A DNA stretch of 64,000 bases from Clostridiaceae bacterium (lineage in GTDB: Bacteria; Bacillota; Clostridia; Oscillospirales; Acutalibacteraceae), in assembly GCA_030530095.1 (NCBI GenBank), contig JAUMVO010000008.1:1-64000 (forward strand), read 5' to 3'. Position 1 is the stretch's first letter; the number at the start of each line of letters is the position of its first letter. Shown one piece after another: positions 29,314 to 40,450 of this stretch. The notes under the pieces are model-generated. The model was not told the origin of the DNA and did not search any database. It saw nothing but the letters and a program-made list of their open reading frames with translations. A program made the translations under genes and the position numbers.

Positions 29314-32300
29314 ATGGTATACAGAGTATTTGTAGAGAAAAAAGAGGGACTTGACAATGAGGCAAGGGCGCTGCTGAGCGACGCAAAAACCCTGCTCGGT
29401 ATCAGTTCTCTTGAAAACATCAGAATATTTAACCGCTACGATGCGCAGAACTTAACCGGGGAGCTTTTTGACTACTCGGTTAAAACCGTTTTCTCCGAGC
29501 CGCAGCTTGACACGGCTACGGCTGAGATTGACGTTGACGGCGCATACGTGTTTGCGGTTGAGTTTCTTCCCGGTCAGTTTGACCAGAGAGCGGATTCCGC
29601 CGCTCAGTGTATTCAGATTATTTCGCAGGGCGAGCGTCCGCTTATACGCTCGGCAAAGGTCTATGCGCTGTACGGCGATTTGAGCGAAAACGATATAGCT
29701 CAGATTAAGAAGTACGTCATCAACCCCGTTGAGGCGAGGGAGGCAACGCTTGAGAAGCCCGAAACCCTTGAGGTTAAATATGACATCCCCACAACCGTAA
29801 AAACGCTTGACGGCTTTAATGCACTTTCACGTTCAGAGCTTGAGCAGTTTGTCAAGGATTACGGTCTTGCTATGGATGCCGATGACATCGAATTCTGTCA
29901 GAATTACTTCAAGTCCGAGCACCGTGACCCGACGATAACCGAAATCCGTATGATTGACACTTACTGGTCGGACCATTGCCGTCATACAACTTTTTTGACT
30001 GTTATTGATTCGGTTAAGTTTGAGGATGAGCTTTTACAGAAGGCTTATGAGGATTATATAAATGTAAGAAAAGAGCTTGGCAGGACAAAGCCGATTTGCC
30101 TTATGGACCTTGCCACTATTGCAGTCAGATACTTAAAAGCGCACGGTAAGCTCCCGAAGCTCGACGAGTCCGAGGAAATCAACGCATGTACTGTTAAAAT
30201 CAACGTTGATGTCGACGGCGAATGTCAGCCGTGGCTGCTTCTTTTCAAAAATGAGACGCACAATCACCCGACTGAGATAGAGCCCTTCGGCGGAGCGGCA
30301 ACCTGTATCGGCGGCGCAATCCGTGATCCGCTTTCGGGCAGAAGCTATGTTTACGGCGCTATGCGTGTTACGGGCGCATCCGACCCGACAGTACCCGTAA
30401 GCGAAACGATAGAGGGCAAGCTTCCGCAGAGAAAGCTCGTTACCACTGCCGCAGCGGGATATTCGTCCTACGGCAACCAGATAGGACTTGCTACGGGCAT
30501 AGTTGATGAGATTTATCACAAGGGCTATGCCGCAAAGCGAATGGAAATCGGCGCAGTTATAGCGGCGGCACCCGCTGAAAACGTAAGGCGTGAGGTACCC
30601 GCTGAGGGTGACGTGGTAATACTTCTCGGCGGCTCTACGGGCAGAGACGGTATAGGCGGCGCAACGGGTTCGTCGAAGGCTCATAATGCACATTCCGTTG
30701 AAACCTGCGGCGCAGAGGTACAGAAGGGTAATGCACCCGAGGAAAGAAAGCTTCAGCGCCTCTTCAGAAACAAAACTGCCTGCCGTATGATAAAGCGCTG
30801 TAACGATTTCGGCGCAGGCGGTGTTTCGGTTGCTATCGGCGAGCTTGCGGACGGACTTGAAATCGACCTTAACGCAGTTCCCAAGAAATATGACGGACTT
30901 GACGGCACGGAGCTTGCGATTTCAGAATCGCAGGAGAGAATGGCTGTCGTAGTCGAGAAGGAAAACGTTGACGCTTTCCTTAAGCTTGCAAAGACCGAGA
31001 ATCTTCAGGCTTGTCCCGTTGCCGTTGTTACAAAAGAGCCGAGACTCGTCATGAACTGGAACGGCGCAAAGATAGTTGACATCAGCCGTGAATTTCTTAA
31101 TTCAAACGGAGCGGACAAGCATATTGACGTTGCTCCCGTTAAGGCGCAAAAGCCTTCACAGAGCATTTCGGGCGGCTTTACCGATAACTTTAAGAGAGTT
31201 GCGGGCGACCTTAATATCTGCTCGAAGAGGGGACTTTCCGAGCGCTTTGACTCGACAATCGGCGCAGGCACGGTGCTTATGCCCTTCGGCGGTAAGTATC
31301 AGCGCACACCGATTCAGGCTATGGTACAGAAGGTTTCCGTTGAAAAGGGACATACCGACGACTGCTCGCTTATGAGCTGGGGCTACAACCCCTTTATCAC
31401 CGAGCAGAGTCCTTATCACGGCGCCTATCTTGCAGTTATCGAATCCGTATGCAAGCTGATTGCAACGGGCGCAAAGTTCGAGGACGTCTATCTTACCTTC
31501 CAGGAATACTTTGAGCGCTTAGGCACCGACCCGAAACGCTGGGGCAAGCCTCTTGCGGCGCTTCTCGGCGCATTTGAGGCTCAGATGGAGCTCGGTATCG
31601 GCTCAATCGGCGGCAAGGACTCGATGAGCGGCTCGTTTGAAAAGCTCGACGTACCGCCCACGCTTGTTTCCTTTGCGGTTACTACAGACAAGGTTAAGAA
31701 TATCGTTTCGCCCGAATTCAAGAAGGCGGGCAATAAGGCTATACTGCTTTCACCCGAAAAGGACGAAAACGGACTTCCCGAAACCGCTTCTCTTATTAAA
31801 TTGTTTGACACCGTTACAGAGCTTTTAAGAAGCGGCAAGGCGGTATCTGCTTATACATTAGGTCTGGGCGGCGTTGCCGAGGCGGTGCTTAAAATGGCAC
31901 TGGGCAACGGTTTCGGATTTAAGTTTAACGGTAAGCTTTCGGTTAACGACATTTTCTCTTATAATTACGCTTCCTTCATTCTGGAGGTTGAGGACGGCGT
32001 TATGAGCGAATGCGAAATCGGTGAAATCACCGACGATAAGAGCTTTGTTTTCGGCAGCGAAAGCCTTTCGCTCTGCGAGCTTTCCGATATTTACGAAAGC
32101 AAGCTTGAAAGTGTTTACAACTGCAATATTGAGCAGAAGGAAAATACAGTTAAAAACTTTTCTTACGAGGCGGCAGAGCGCAAGGCTCCCGCAATAAAGG
32201 TTGCAAAGCCCAGAGTGCTTATTCCGGCGTTCCCCGGTACAAACTGTGAATACGACTCTGCGAAGGCAGTCAGCGACGCGGGCGCAGAGCCGGAAATTAT

Positions 32301-33003
32301 CGTTATCAATAACCTGACTTCTTCGGGCATAAAGCAGTCCGTTGACTACTTTGCCGACAGACTTCGTGACGCTCAGATGGTATTCATTCCCGGAGGCTTC
32401 TCGGGCGGCGACGAGCCCGACGGAAGCGGTAAATTTATTACTGCGTTCTTCCGTAACGCCGCAGTCAAGGACGGCGTAACGGAGCTTCTTGAAAAGCGTG
32501 ACGGACTTATGTGCGGTATCTGCAACGGCTTTCAGGCGCTTATCAAGCTCGGACTTGTGCCTTACGGAAAGATTATCGACACCGACGAAAACTGTCCGAC
32601 GCTTACCTTTAACACTATCGCAAGACACCAGTCGAAGATAGTCAGAACAAGAATCGCATCCAATAAATCTCCCTTCTTATCGCTTATGAACGTCGGCGAT
32701 ATAGTAAACGTCCCGATTTCACACGGCGAGGGCAGATTCTATGCGAGCGAGGAGCTTATCCTGAAGCTCGCCGAAAACGGTCAGATAGCTACTCAGTATG
32801 TTGACCTTGAGGGCAACGCAACGAGTGACGTTCAGTTCAATCCCAACAATTCAATGTACGCCATAGAGGGCATCACATCGCCCGACGGACGTGTATTCGG
32901 TAAGATGGGACATTCCGAGCGTATAGGCGAGGGACTTTATAAGAACGTAGAAGGCAACTACGATATCAGAATGTTTGAAGCGGCAGTTAAATATTTCAAA
33001 TAA
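29314..33003 (+). CDS. purL: FGAM synthase, single-chain large form (PurS/PurL/PurQ fused)
   Basis: 1229 aa; C-terminal GATase with catalytic Cys (GICNGFQAL). Confidence 0.9.
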   Translation: MVYRVFVEKKEGLDNEARALLSDAKTLLGISSLENIRIFNRYDAQNLTGELFDYSVKTVFSEPQLDTATAEIDVDGAYVFAVEFLPGQFDQRADSAAQCIQIISQGERPLIRSAKVYALYGDLSENDIAQIKKYVINPVEAREATLEKPETLEVKYDIPTTVKTLDGFNALSRSELEQFVKDYGLAMDADDIEFCQNYFKSEHRDPTITEIRMIDTYWSDHCRHTTFLTVIDSVKFEDELLQKAYEDYINVRKELGRTKPICLMDLATIAVRYLKAHGKLPKLDESEEINACTVKINVDVDGECQPWLLLFKNETHNHPTEIEPFGGAATCIGGAIRDPLSGRSYVYGAMRVTGASDPTVPVSETIEGKLPQRKLVTTAAAGYSSYGNQIGLATGIVDEIYHKGYAAKRMEIGAVIAAAPAENVRREVPAEGDVVILLGGSTGRDGIGGATGSSKAHNAHSVETCGAEVQKGNAPEERKLQRLFRNKTACRMIKRCNDFGAGGVSVAIGELADGLEIDLNAVPKKYDGLDGTELAISESQERMAVVVEKENVDAFLKLAKTENLQACPVAVVTKEPRLVMNWNGAKIVDISREFLNSNGADKHIDVAPVKAQKPSQSISGGFTDNFKRVAGDLNICSKRGLSERFDSTIGAGTVLMPFGGKYQRTPIQAMVQKVSVEKGHTDDCSLMSWGYNPFITEQSPYHGAYLAVIESVCKLIATGAKFEDVYLTFQEYFERLGTDPKRWGKPLAALLGAFEAQMELGIGSIGGKDSMSGSFEKLDVPPTLVSFAVTTDKVKNIVSPEFKKAGNKAILLSPEKDENGLPETASLIKLFDTVTELLRSGKAVSAYTLGLGGVAEAVLKMALGNGFGFKFNGKLSVNDIFSYNYASFILEVEDGVMSECEIGEITDDKSFVFGSESLSLCELSDIYESKLESVYNCNIEQKENTVKNFSYEAAERKAPAIKVAKPRVLIPAFPGTNCEYDSAKAVSDAGAEPEIIVINNLTSSGIKQSVDYFADRLRDAQMVFIPGGFSGGDEPDGSGKFITAFFRNAAVKDGVTELLEKRDGLMCGICNGFQALIKLGLVPYGKIIDTDENCPTLTFNTIARHQSKIVRTRIASNKSPFLSLMNVGDIVNVPISHGEGRFYASEELILKLAENGQIATQYVDLEGNATSDVQFNPNNSMYAIEGITSPDGRVFGKMGHSERIGEGLYKNVEGNYDIRMFEAAVKYFK

Positions 33004-33023
33004 ATCAGCGAGGAGAATGAATT

Positions 33024-34700
33024 ATGGCTTACTTATCAGACATTGAAATTGCTCAGGCAAACAAGATGGAACACATTCTTGAAATTGCAAAGCGTGCTCA
33101 CGTTGACGAAAAGTACGTTGAGCAGTACGGCAATTACAAGGCGAAGATTGACCCTGCGCTTATCAGGGAAACCGACAAAAAGGACGGCAAGCTTATTCTT
33201 GTAACTGCTATTACTCCCACTCCTGCGGGCGAGGGTAAGACCACTACCACAATCGGTCTTGCCGACGGACTTCGCAGAATCGGCAAGGACGTTACCGTTG
33301 CCCTTCGTGAGCCTTCGCTCGGACCGGTATTCGGCGTCAAGGGCGGCGCTGCCGGCGGCGGCTATGCTCAGGTAGTTCCGATGGAGGACATAAACCTTCA
33401 CTTTACGGGCGACTTCCACGCAATAGGAGCTGCGAACAACCTGCTTGCGGCTATGCTTGACAACCATATTCAGCAGGGTAACGCTCTCGGTATTGACCCG
33501 AGAAAGATTACCTGGCACCGTTGCGTTGATATGAACGACAGACAGCTTCGTTTCCTCGTTGACGGTCTCGGCGGTAAGTCGAACGGTATGCCCAGAGAGG
33601 ACTCCTTCGATATCACCGTTGCTTCCGAAATTATGGCTGTTTTCTGCCTTGCAAGTTCAATTACAGACCTCAAGGAAAGATTATCGAGAATTATCGTCGG
33701 CTACACCTACGACGACAAGCCCGTTACTGCAGGCGACCTGAAGGCTGTCGGCGCTATGACCGCTCTTCTCAAGGACGCTCTCAAGCCGAACCTTGTTCAG
33801 ACTCTTGAAGGCACTCCTGCATTCGTACACGGCGGTCCGTTCGCAAATATCGCTCACGGCTGTAACTCAGTTATGGCTACAAAGATGGCTCTTAAAATGG
33901 GCGACTATACAGTTACGGAGGCAGGCTTCGGCGCTGACCTCGGCGCTGAGAAATTCCTTGACATCAAGTGCCGTATGGCAGGACTTACTCCCGATGCGGT
34001 TGTTATCGTTGCTACGGTTCGCGCTCTCAAAATGCACGGCGGACTTGCAAAGACTGAGCTTGCGACCGAGGATTTGAATGCTCTTGAAAAGGGTATTCCG
34101 AACCTTCTGCGTCACGTTTCAAATATCAAGAACGTTTATAAGCTTCCCTGCGTAGTTGCCGTTAATCGTTTCCCGACCGACACCGACAATGAAATTGATT
34201 TCATTATCAAGAAGTGCCGTGAACTCGGCGTTAATACCGTACTTTCAACCGTATGGGCTGAAGGCGGCAAGGGCGGCGAGGAGCTTGCAAAAGAGGTTGT
34301 ACGTCTCTGCGAAGAGGAAAAGGGCGATTTCACCTTCTCATACACTGACGATATGTCCATCACCGACAAGATTAACGCGGTTGCCACGAGAATCTACGGC
34401 GCTGACGGCATCATCATTCAGCCCAACGCCCAGAAACAGATTGAGCAGCTTGAAAAGCTCGGATTCAATAACGTTCCCGTATGTATTGCGAAAACTCAAT
34501 ACAGCTTCTCTGACGATCCGACTAAACTCGGTGCTCCCGAAAACTTCAAGGTTACTGTCAGAAATGTTAAGATTTCTGCAGGCGCAGGCTTTATCGTAGT
34601 TCTTACGGGCGATATTCTTACAATGCCCGGACTTCCCAAGAAGCCCGCAGCAGAGAATATCGACGTTGACGAAACGGGTAAAATTTCAGGTTTGTTCTGA
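33024..34700 (+). CDS. fhs: Formate--tetrahydrofolate ligase
   Basis: 558 aa; conserved [16 protein letters not shown]-loop. Confidence 0.9.
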   Translation: MAYLSDIEIAQANKMEHILEIAKRAHVDEKYVEQYGNYKAKIDPALIRETDKKDGKLILVTAITPTPAGEGKTTTTIGLADGLRRIGKDVTVALREPSLGPVFGVKGGAAGGGYAQVVPMEDINLHFTGDFHAIGAANNLLAAMLDNHIQQGNALGIDPRKITWHRCVDMNDRQLRFLVDGLGGKSNGMPREDSFDITVASEIMAVFCLASSITDLKERLSRIIVGYTYDDKPVTAGDLKAVGAMTALLKDALKPNLVQTLEGTPAFVHGGPFANIAHGCNSVMATKMALKMGDYTVTEAGFGADLGAEKFLDIKCRMAGLTPDAVVIVATVRALKMHGGLAKTELATEDLNALEKGIPNLLRHVSNIKNVYKLPCVVAVNRFPTDTDNEIDFIIKKCRELGVNTVLSTVWAEGGKGGEELAKEVVRLCEEEKGDFTFSYTDDMSITDKINAVATRIYGADGIIIQPNAQKQIEQLEKLGFNNVPVCIAKTQYSFSDDPTKLGAPENFKVTVRNVKISAGAGFIVVLTGDILTMPGLPKKPAAENIDVDETGKISGLF

Positions 34701-34721
34701 TAATTTCTCATATATTTATTG

Positions 34722-34752
34722 CGGAGAGGGCGCCCTTATGGGCGCCTTTTTC
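34722..34752 (+). terminator. Intrinsic terminator of the pur-fhs operon
   Basis: gggcgccc-ttat-gggcgcc-tttttcc. Confidence 0.7.
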
Positions 34753-34811
34753 CTTGATTAATCTTTTAATTTGTTATATAATGACATTATAAATTTTTAA
34801 GAGGTATTAAT

Positions 34812-35021
34812 ATGGAAACCGAGAGATTAAAGAGAATTAACGAGCTTGCAAAAAAGCAGAAGGAAGTCGGATTGACTGACGACGAGAGGCGGGAGCAGGC
34901 GCAGCTTCGCTCTGAGTATCTGGCTGCGTTTCGCAAGAACTTTGAAGCACAGCTTGAGAATACCTATATTGTCGATCCCGACGGTACTAAGCACAAGCTT
35001 GAAAAGAAAAACGATAAATAA
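34812..35021 (+). CDS. DUF896 / UPF0291 (YnzC-like) small protein
   Basis: 69 aa; RINELAKKQKEVGLTDDERREQ...YIVDPDGTKH pattern of the YnzC family. Confidence 0.55.
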   Translation: METERLKRINELAKKQKEVGLTDDERREQAQLRSEYLAAFRKNFEAQLENTYIVDPDGTKHKLEKKNDK

Positions 35022-35205
35022 ACGCACAATGTACCTTTTTTGGTATTTTCATTGCGGTATTCTGTCTTGAAAGGGCAGAATACCGCATTATTTGTAGGCA
35101 AAACACAAAAACAACATTTGACAAAAGCAGTGTTCATAGTGTACAATATATTGTGGTTTTTTCTGTAATTAATGAAATACAAAAAATACAAGGACGGCAA
35201 ATTAA

Positions 35206-37191
35206 ATGGCAAAAAAAGCTGCTTATAACGAAGAAAGCATATCGCAGTTAAAAGGCGCCGACAGAGTCAGAAAAAGACCTGCGGTTATATTCGGCTCCGA
35301 CGGTATCGAAGGCTGCGAGCATGCGGTATTTGAAATACTTTCAAACTCAATCGACGAGGCAAGAGAGGGCTACGGAACGGAAATTACCGTTACCCGTTTT
35401 CTCGACGGCTCGATAGAGGTGCTTGACCACGGCAGAGGTATGCCGATGGACTATAATGAAAAGGAAGGTCGCTATAACTGGGAGCTTCTGTTCTGTGAGA
35501 TGTACGCGGGCAGTAAGTACGACACCAACGACGGCGGTACTTACGAATACTCATTAGGTCTTAACGGTCTAGGCCTTTGCGCTACGCAGTACGCTTCCGA
35601 GTTTATGGAAGCAGAGATTCACAAGAACGGCTACTGTTATAAGATGAACTTTAAGGAGGGCGAACCAGTAGGCGACCTCGTTAAAGAGGAATATACCAGG
35701 CGTGACACGGGTACACGTATCCGCTGGAAGCCCGACCTGAAGGTCTTTACCGACATTGATATTCCGCTTGAATACTATCAGGACACAATCAAGCGTCAGT
35801 CGGTCGTTAACGCCGGTGTTAAGTTCATTCTTAAAGACCAGAAGACGCAGTCGCAGTTTGAGAAATACGAATACTGCTACGAAAACGGCATTACCGACTA
35901 TGTTCAGGAAATTGCGGGTGAGGACGCCTTCACGGGCGTTGAATTCTGGCAGGCTGAGCGTAAGGGTAAGGACCGCGACGATATGCCCGAATATAAGGTG
36001 AAGATGAACGTTGCGCTCTGCTTCTCAAACAAGGTACAGTTCAAGGAGTATTACCACAATTCGAGCTTTCTTGAGCACGGCGGTGCTCCCGACAAGGCGG
36101 TAAGAAGCGCATTTGTTTCGCAGATTGACTCGTATCTCAAATCATCGGGCAAATATCTTAAATCCGACGCTAAAATAACTTTTCAGGATGTTGACGACTG
36201 CCTTATTGTAGTTATCTCGTCGTTTTCGACACAGACATCTTATGAGAATCAGACCAAGAAGGCTATAACAAACAAGTTTATTCAGGAGGCTATGACGGAA
36301 TTCCTGAAGCACAGTCTCGAGGTTTATTTCATCGAAAACAAGATTGAAGCCGATAAGATTGCCGATCAGGTGCTTATCAATATGCGTTCGAGAATAAGAG
36401 CAGAGTCAACCCGTCTTAATATCAAAAAGACGCTTCAGACCGGCAACAGCATGACCGACAGAATCGAGAAATTCGTTGACTGCCGTTCAAAGGACGTTAA
36501 CGAGCGTGAAATCTTTATCGTTGAGGGCGACTCGGCTCTCGGCGCATGTAAGCAAGCGAGGGACTCCGCTTTTCAGGCGGTTATGCCCGTCAGAGGTAAG
36601 ATACTCAACTGTCTTAAGGCTGAGTACTCAAAGATATTCAAGAGTGAGATTATTACCGATCTGATTAAGGTGCTCGGCTGCGGCGTTGAGGTTGACGTAA
36701 AGGCAAATAAAGGCCTTTCGCTTTTCAATCTTGACGATCTGAGATGGAGCAAGGTTATAATCTGTACCGATGCCGACGTTGACGGCTTCCAGATCAGAAC
36801 GCTTATCTTAACTATGATTTACCGCCTTATGCCCACGCTTATTAAGGAGGGCAAGGTCTTTATCGCCGAATCTCCGCTGTATGAGATTAACTGTAAGGAT
36901 GAGACCTGGTTTTGCTACACTGAGAAGGAAAAGGCGGAAGCGCTCGAAGCTCTGGGTGACAAGAAATACACTGTTCAGCGCTCGAAGGGACTCGGTGAAA
37001 ACGAGCCCGATATGATGTGGTTGACAACTATGAATCCCAAAACGCGCCGTCTTATCAAGGTCGAGCCCGATTACAATCCTGAGGCGGTAGCCGACAAGTT
37101 TGACTTGCTGCTGGGCGACAATCTTCAGGGCAGAAAAGACTATATCGCCGAGCACGGTTACGAATATATTGAAATGACTGACTTGTCATAA
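35206..37191 (+). CDS. Type IIA topoisomerase ATPase subunit (GyrB/ParE family, ParE-like, divergent)
   Basis: GHKL ATPase and TOPRIM (EGDSA) motifs; paired with the A subunit 13 bp downstream. Confidence 0.75.
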   Translation: MAKKAAYNEESISQLKGADRVRKRPAVIFGSDGIEGCEHAVFEILSNSIDEAREGYGTEITVTRFLDGSIEVLDHGRGMPMDYNEKEGRYNWELLFCEMYAGSKYDTNDGGTYEYSLGLNGLGLCATQYASEFMEAEIHKNGYCYKMNFKEGEPVGDLVKEEYTRRDTGTRIRWKPDLKVFTDIDIPLEYYQDTIKRQSVVNAGVKFILKDQKTQSQFEKYEYCYENGITDYVQEIAGEDAFTGVEFWQAERKGKDRDDMPEYKVKMNVALCFSNKVQFKEYYHNSSFLEHGGAPDKAVRSAFVSQIDSYLKSSGKYLKSDAKITFQDVDDCLIVVISSFSTQTSYENQTKKAITNKFIQEAMTEFLKHSLEVYFIENKIEADKIADQVLINMRSRIRAESTRLNIKKTLQTGNSMTDRIEKFVDCRSKDVNEREIFIVEGDSALGACKQARDSAFQAVMPVRGKILNCLKAEYSKIFKSEIITDLIKVLGCGVEVDVKANKGLSLFNLDDLRWSKVIICTDADVDGFQIRTLILTMIYRLMPTLIKEGKVFIAESPLYEINCKDETWFCYTEKEKAEALEALGDKKYTVQRSKGLGENEPDMMWLTTMNPKTRRLIKVEPDYNPEAVADKFDLLLGDNLQGRKDYIAEHGYEYIEMTDLS

Positions 37192-37203
37192 CGAGGTAAT
37201 GAA

Positions 37204-39444
37204 ATGCCAAGAAAGAAACAGACAGAAGTAAATCATGAAGAAGAAATTAATATCAATGCTCATATTTCCGGCGCAGGCGAGGTCGTAAGGCAGAACATTA
37301 TTGATACACTTGAGGTCAATTATATGCCTTACGCGATGAGCGTTATAATGTCCCGAGCCATTCCCGAGATTGACGGTTTCAAGCCTTCTCACAGAAAGCT
37401 TCTTTATACTATGTATAAAATGGGACTTCTCAACGGCGGAACCATCAAGTCAGCGAATATTGTCGGCCGCACTATGCAGCTCAATCCCCACGGCGACGCG
37501 GCTATTTACGAAACGATGATTCGTCTTGCACGCGGTAATGAGTCGTTGCTTCATCCTTACGTTGAGTCAAAGGGAAACTTCGGTAAAGCGTACTCAAAGA
37601 ATATGCAGTACGCCGCTTCCCGTTATACCGAGGCTAAGCTTGCTCCGATAGCTGCCGAGCTTTTCAGGGATATTGACAAGGATACGGTTGACTTTGTTCC
37701 GAATTACGATAATTCTATGGAAGAGCCCACGCTTTTCCCCGTAACCTTCCCGTCGGTGCTTGTTAATGCAAATATGGGTATTGCGGTCGGTATGGCGTCG
37801 AATATATGCTCGTTCAATTTAGGCGAAATCTGCAATACGACGATTGAACTCATCAGGGACAATGATGCAGATATTATGGAAACGCTCAAGGCTCCCGACT
37901 TTATCGGCGGCGGTCAGATAATCTATAACCGTGAGCTTTTCGAGGAAATCTATAAAACGGGCAGGGGAAGCTTCAAAATCAGAGCTAAGTACAATTACGA
38001 TAAGAAAAATAATTGTATTGATATTTTTGAGATTCCCGCTACCACAACTTCAGAGGCTATAATTGACAAGATACTTGAACTTGCCAAGGCGGGCAGGGTT
38101 AAGGAAATATCCGATATACGCGACGAGACTGACAAGAAGGGCCTTAAAATCACAATCGACCTCAAGAGAGGCACCGATGCGGACAAGCTGATGAAAAAGC
38201 TTTTCAAGACCACTCCGCTTGAGGACTCATTCGGCTGTAACTTTAACGTTCTTATCGCCGGTACACCGCAGGTTCTCGGTGTTCGTGAGCTTCTGCTGGA
38301 ATGGATTGCCTTCCGCACCGAGTGTGTAAACCGCAGAGTTTATTTTGATTTATCAAAGGCTCAGGAGAGACTTCATCTTCTCGAAGGCTTGCAGAAAATC
38401 CTGCTTGATATTGACAAGGCTATAAAGATAATCCGTTCAACCGACGAGGAAGCCGAGGTTGTTCCGAATTTGATGATAGGCTTCGGTATTGATAAGATTC
38501 AGGCCGAATACGTTGCTGAAATTAAGCTGCGTCACCTCAACCGCGAGTATATCTTAAAGCGTACCGCTGACATAAAGAAACTTCGTGAGGACATCGAGGA
38601 TATGCAGGACATACTCTCGAGCAAATCGCGCGTTAAGAAGATAATCATAGCCGAGCTTAAAGAGGTTGCCGCCAAGTACGATAAACCCAGAAGAAGCGAG
38701 ATTATCTATAATGTTGAGGTTGACGATGACGTTGAGATTGAAAGTGTTCCCGACTATCCTGTAAATCTTTTCTTTACGAGGGAAGGCTATTTCAAAAAAA
38801 TTACGCCGCAGTCACTGCGTATGTCCTCGGAACAGAAGGTCAAGGAAGGCGATGCCGTTGTTCAGACCGTGGAGTCAAACAATAATTCCGAGCTTCTGTT
38901 CTTTACCGATAAGTGTCAGGTATATAAGGCAAAGGTTTCCGACTTTGCCGACACCAAGGCAAGCGCTTTGGGCGATTTCGTAGCAAGCAGTCTTGAAATG
39001 GATAAGGATGAAGCGGCAATTTATATGGTTAATACTACCGACTTCAAGGGCTATATGCTGTTCTTCTTTGAAAACGGTAAGGTTGCCAAGGTTGATATGT
39101 CTGCTTATGCAACCAAGACCAACCGTAAGAAGCTTATCAAGGCATACTGTGAGAAGTTCCCGCTTGTAGCTATGAGATACATCAGGGAAGACTGCGAACT
39201 CGTTATGACTTCTACTGCAGGGCGCATACTGCTTCTCAACACGGGCGCAATTTCACCCAAGACCACTAAGGATACAATGGGCGTAAGCGTTATGACGATT
39301 AAAAAGAATCACCGCTTAAAGAGTGTTGACGATTACAGAGAGGGTATGTTCCAGAAGCCTGCGCGCTACAGAACGCGTAATCTTCCGGCTGCCGGCTCAA
39401 CGCTTGCAAGCGATGATGAGGGCGAACAGCTCTCACTGATATAA
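37204..39444 (+). CDS. Type IIA topoisomerase A subunit (GyrA/ParC family, ParC-like; short C-terminal domain)
   Basis: Active-site region QYAASRYTEAKL (catalytic Tyr); 746 aa, shorter than GyrA. Confidence 0.75.
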   Translation: MPRKKQTEVNHEEEININAHISGAGEVVRQNIIDTLEVNYMPYAMSVIMSRAIPEIDGFKPSHRKLLYTMYKMGLLNGGTIKSANIVGRTMQLNPHGDAAIYETMIRLARGNESLLHPYVESKGNFGKAYSKNMQYAASRYTEAKLAPIAAELFRDIDKDTVDFVPNYDNSMEEPTLFPVTFPSVLVNANMGIAVGMASNICSFNLGEICNTTIELIRDNDADIMETLKAPDFIGGGQIIYNRELFEEIYKTGRGSFKIRAKYNYDKKNNCIDIFEIPATTTSEAIIDKILELAKAGRVKEISDIRDETDKKGLKITIDLKRGTDADKLMKKLFKTTPLEDSFGCNFNVLIAGTPQVLGVRELLLEWIAFRTECVNRRVYFDLSKAQERLHLLEGLQKILLDIDKAIKIIRSTDEEAEVVPNLMIGFGIDKIQAEYVAEIKLRHLNREYILKRTADIKKLREDIEDMQDILSSKSRVKKIIIAELKEVAAKYDKPRRSEIIYNVEVDDDVEIESVPDYPVNLFFTREGYFKKITPQSLRMSSEQKVKEGDAVVQTVESNNNSELLFFTDKCQVYKAKVSDFADTKASALGDFVASSLEMDKDEAAIYMVNTTDFKGYMLFFFENGKVAKVDMSAYATKTNRKKLIKAYCEKFPLVAMRYIREDCELVMTSTAGRILLLNTGAISPKTTKDTMGVSVMTIKKNHRLKSVDDYREGMFQKPARYRTRNLPAAGSTLASDDEGEQLSLI

Positions 39445-39455
39445 AACAGGGCAGG

Positions 39456-39484
39456 GCGGGATGAAAATCCCGCCTTTTCTTTGA
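39456..39484 (+). terminator. Intrinsic terminator after the topoisomerase pair
   Basis: ggcgggat-gaaa-atcccgcc-ttttcttt. Confidence 0.7.
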
Positions 39485-39757
39485 TACTATCATTAAAAAG
39501 CGACACAGTTTTACACATTAATTAACGACGTATATTATCGGCTTAATTAAGCTTTTGAACAGTTTGAACGTAATACCTGCGACAAAGCGGCGACACGGTC
39601 ACGACAAACAATTGACAAACTGCCGACAACAAACAATAATGAAATAATGAAACAATGTGTAATGAAAAAATGACATGTACTGCTAACGCCGATACGTGTT
39701 TTGGTTACTATTGATTTTGCGTTATTACATTTATATATAAATAATTCAAAATTTTTC

Positions 39758-39786
39758 TTGACTTAGAGTTGCGCTTGTGGTATAGT
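39758..39786 (+). promoter_or_regulatory. Sigma-A promoter of the rpmG-secE-nusG operon
   Basis: TTGACT, 17-bp spacer, TATAGT. Confidence 0.55.
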
Positions 39787-39875
39787 ATTGCTACCTCTGA
39801 AAGAGGGCTTTATTTTTGTGCTCACTTTTTGGAGGTAGGCAAAAGCGTAAATCGCTAATAAATGGAGGTGCCGAC

Positions 39876-40025
39876 ATGAGAGTAAAAATCACATTGGCTT
39901 GTACGGAGTGCAAACAGCGCAACTACAACACAATGAAGAACAAGAAGAACACGCCTGACAGGCTGGAGATGAACAAGTATTGCAGATTCTGCAAGAAGCA
40001 CACTCTCCACAGAGAGACGAAGTAA
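39876..40025 (+). CDS. rpmG: 50S ribosomal protein L33
   Basis: 49 aa with CxxC..CxxC ([19 protein letters not shown]); RBS ggagg. Confidence 0.9.
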   Translation: MRVKITLACTECKQRNYNTMKNKKNTPDRLEMNKYCRFCKKHTLHRETK

Positions 40026-40040
40026 TCGGAGGTATTTGAA

Positions 40041-40439
40041 ATGGCTGACGAGATTAAAAAGACAGCTGCCGAAGCTTCCGAGAAGAAAAACGATAAGTCC
40101 AAGAAGGTTTCTGCTTCCAAGCCCAAGAAGGAAGGCAACGTTTTCTCACGCGCATGGAATGCTATCAAGAAGTTCTTTAAGGACGTAAGAGGCGAATGCA
40201 AGAAGGTTGTTTGGCCCGATGCAAAGACCGTATTCAAGAGCACTGGTATCGTACTTCTTTGCGTTGCAGTTCTCGGTCTTATTATCTGGCTTATTGATAC
40301 CGGACTTTCTGCCGGTATTCAGGGTATTGTTACACTCGCTAACAACCACGCCGCCGGCGATGCCGAAACTACAACTCAGGCGGCTGCTGATGCTGCTGCA
40401 GAGGTTGCAGGTGTTATAACCGGATTCTTAGGCAGATAA
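40041..40439 (+). CDS. secE: Preprotein translocase subunit SecE (extended N- and C-termini)
   Basis: Core FFKDVRGECKKVVWP + TM (GIVLLCVAVLGLIIWLID); conserved position between rpmG and nusG. Confidence 0.8.
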   Translation: MADEIKKTAAEASEKKNDKSKKVSASKPKKEGNVFSRAWNAIKKFFKDVRGECKKVVWPDAKTVFKSTGIVLLCVAVLGLIIWLIDTGLSAGIQGIVTLANNHAAGDAETTTQAAADAAAEVAGVITGFLGR

Positions 40440-40450
40440 GGAGGAGTCTT

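Noticed and set aside
30133-32628. Long antisense ORFs inside purL (30133..30693 -, 31858..32628 -)
   Set aside because: purL is intact and conserved on the + strand; the antisense ORFs are Arg/Cys-rich with no start context
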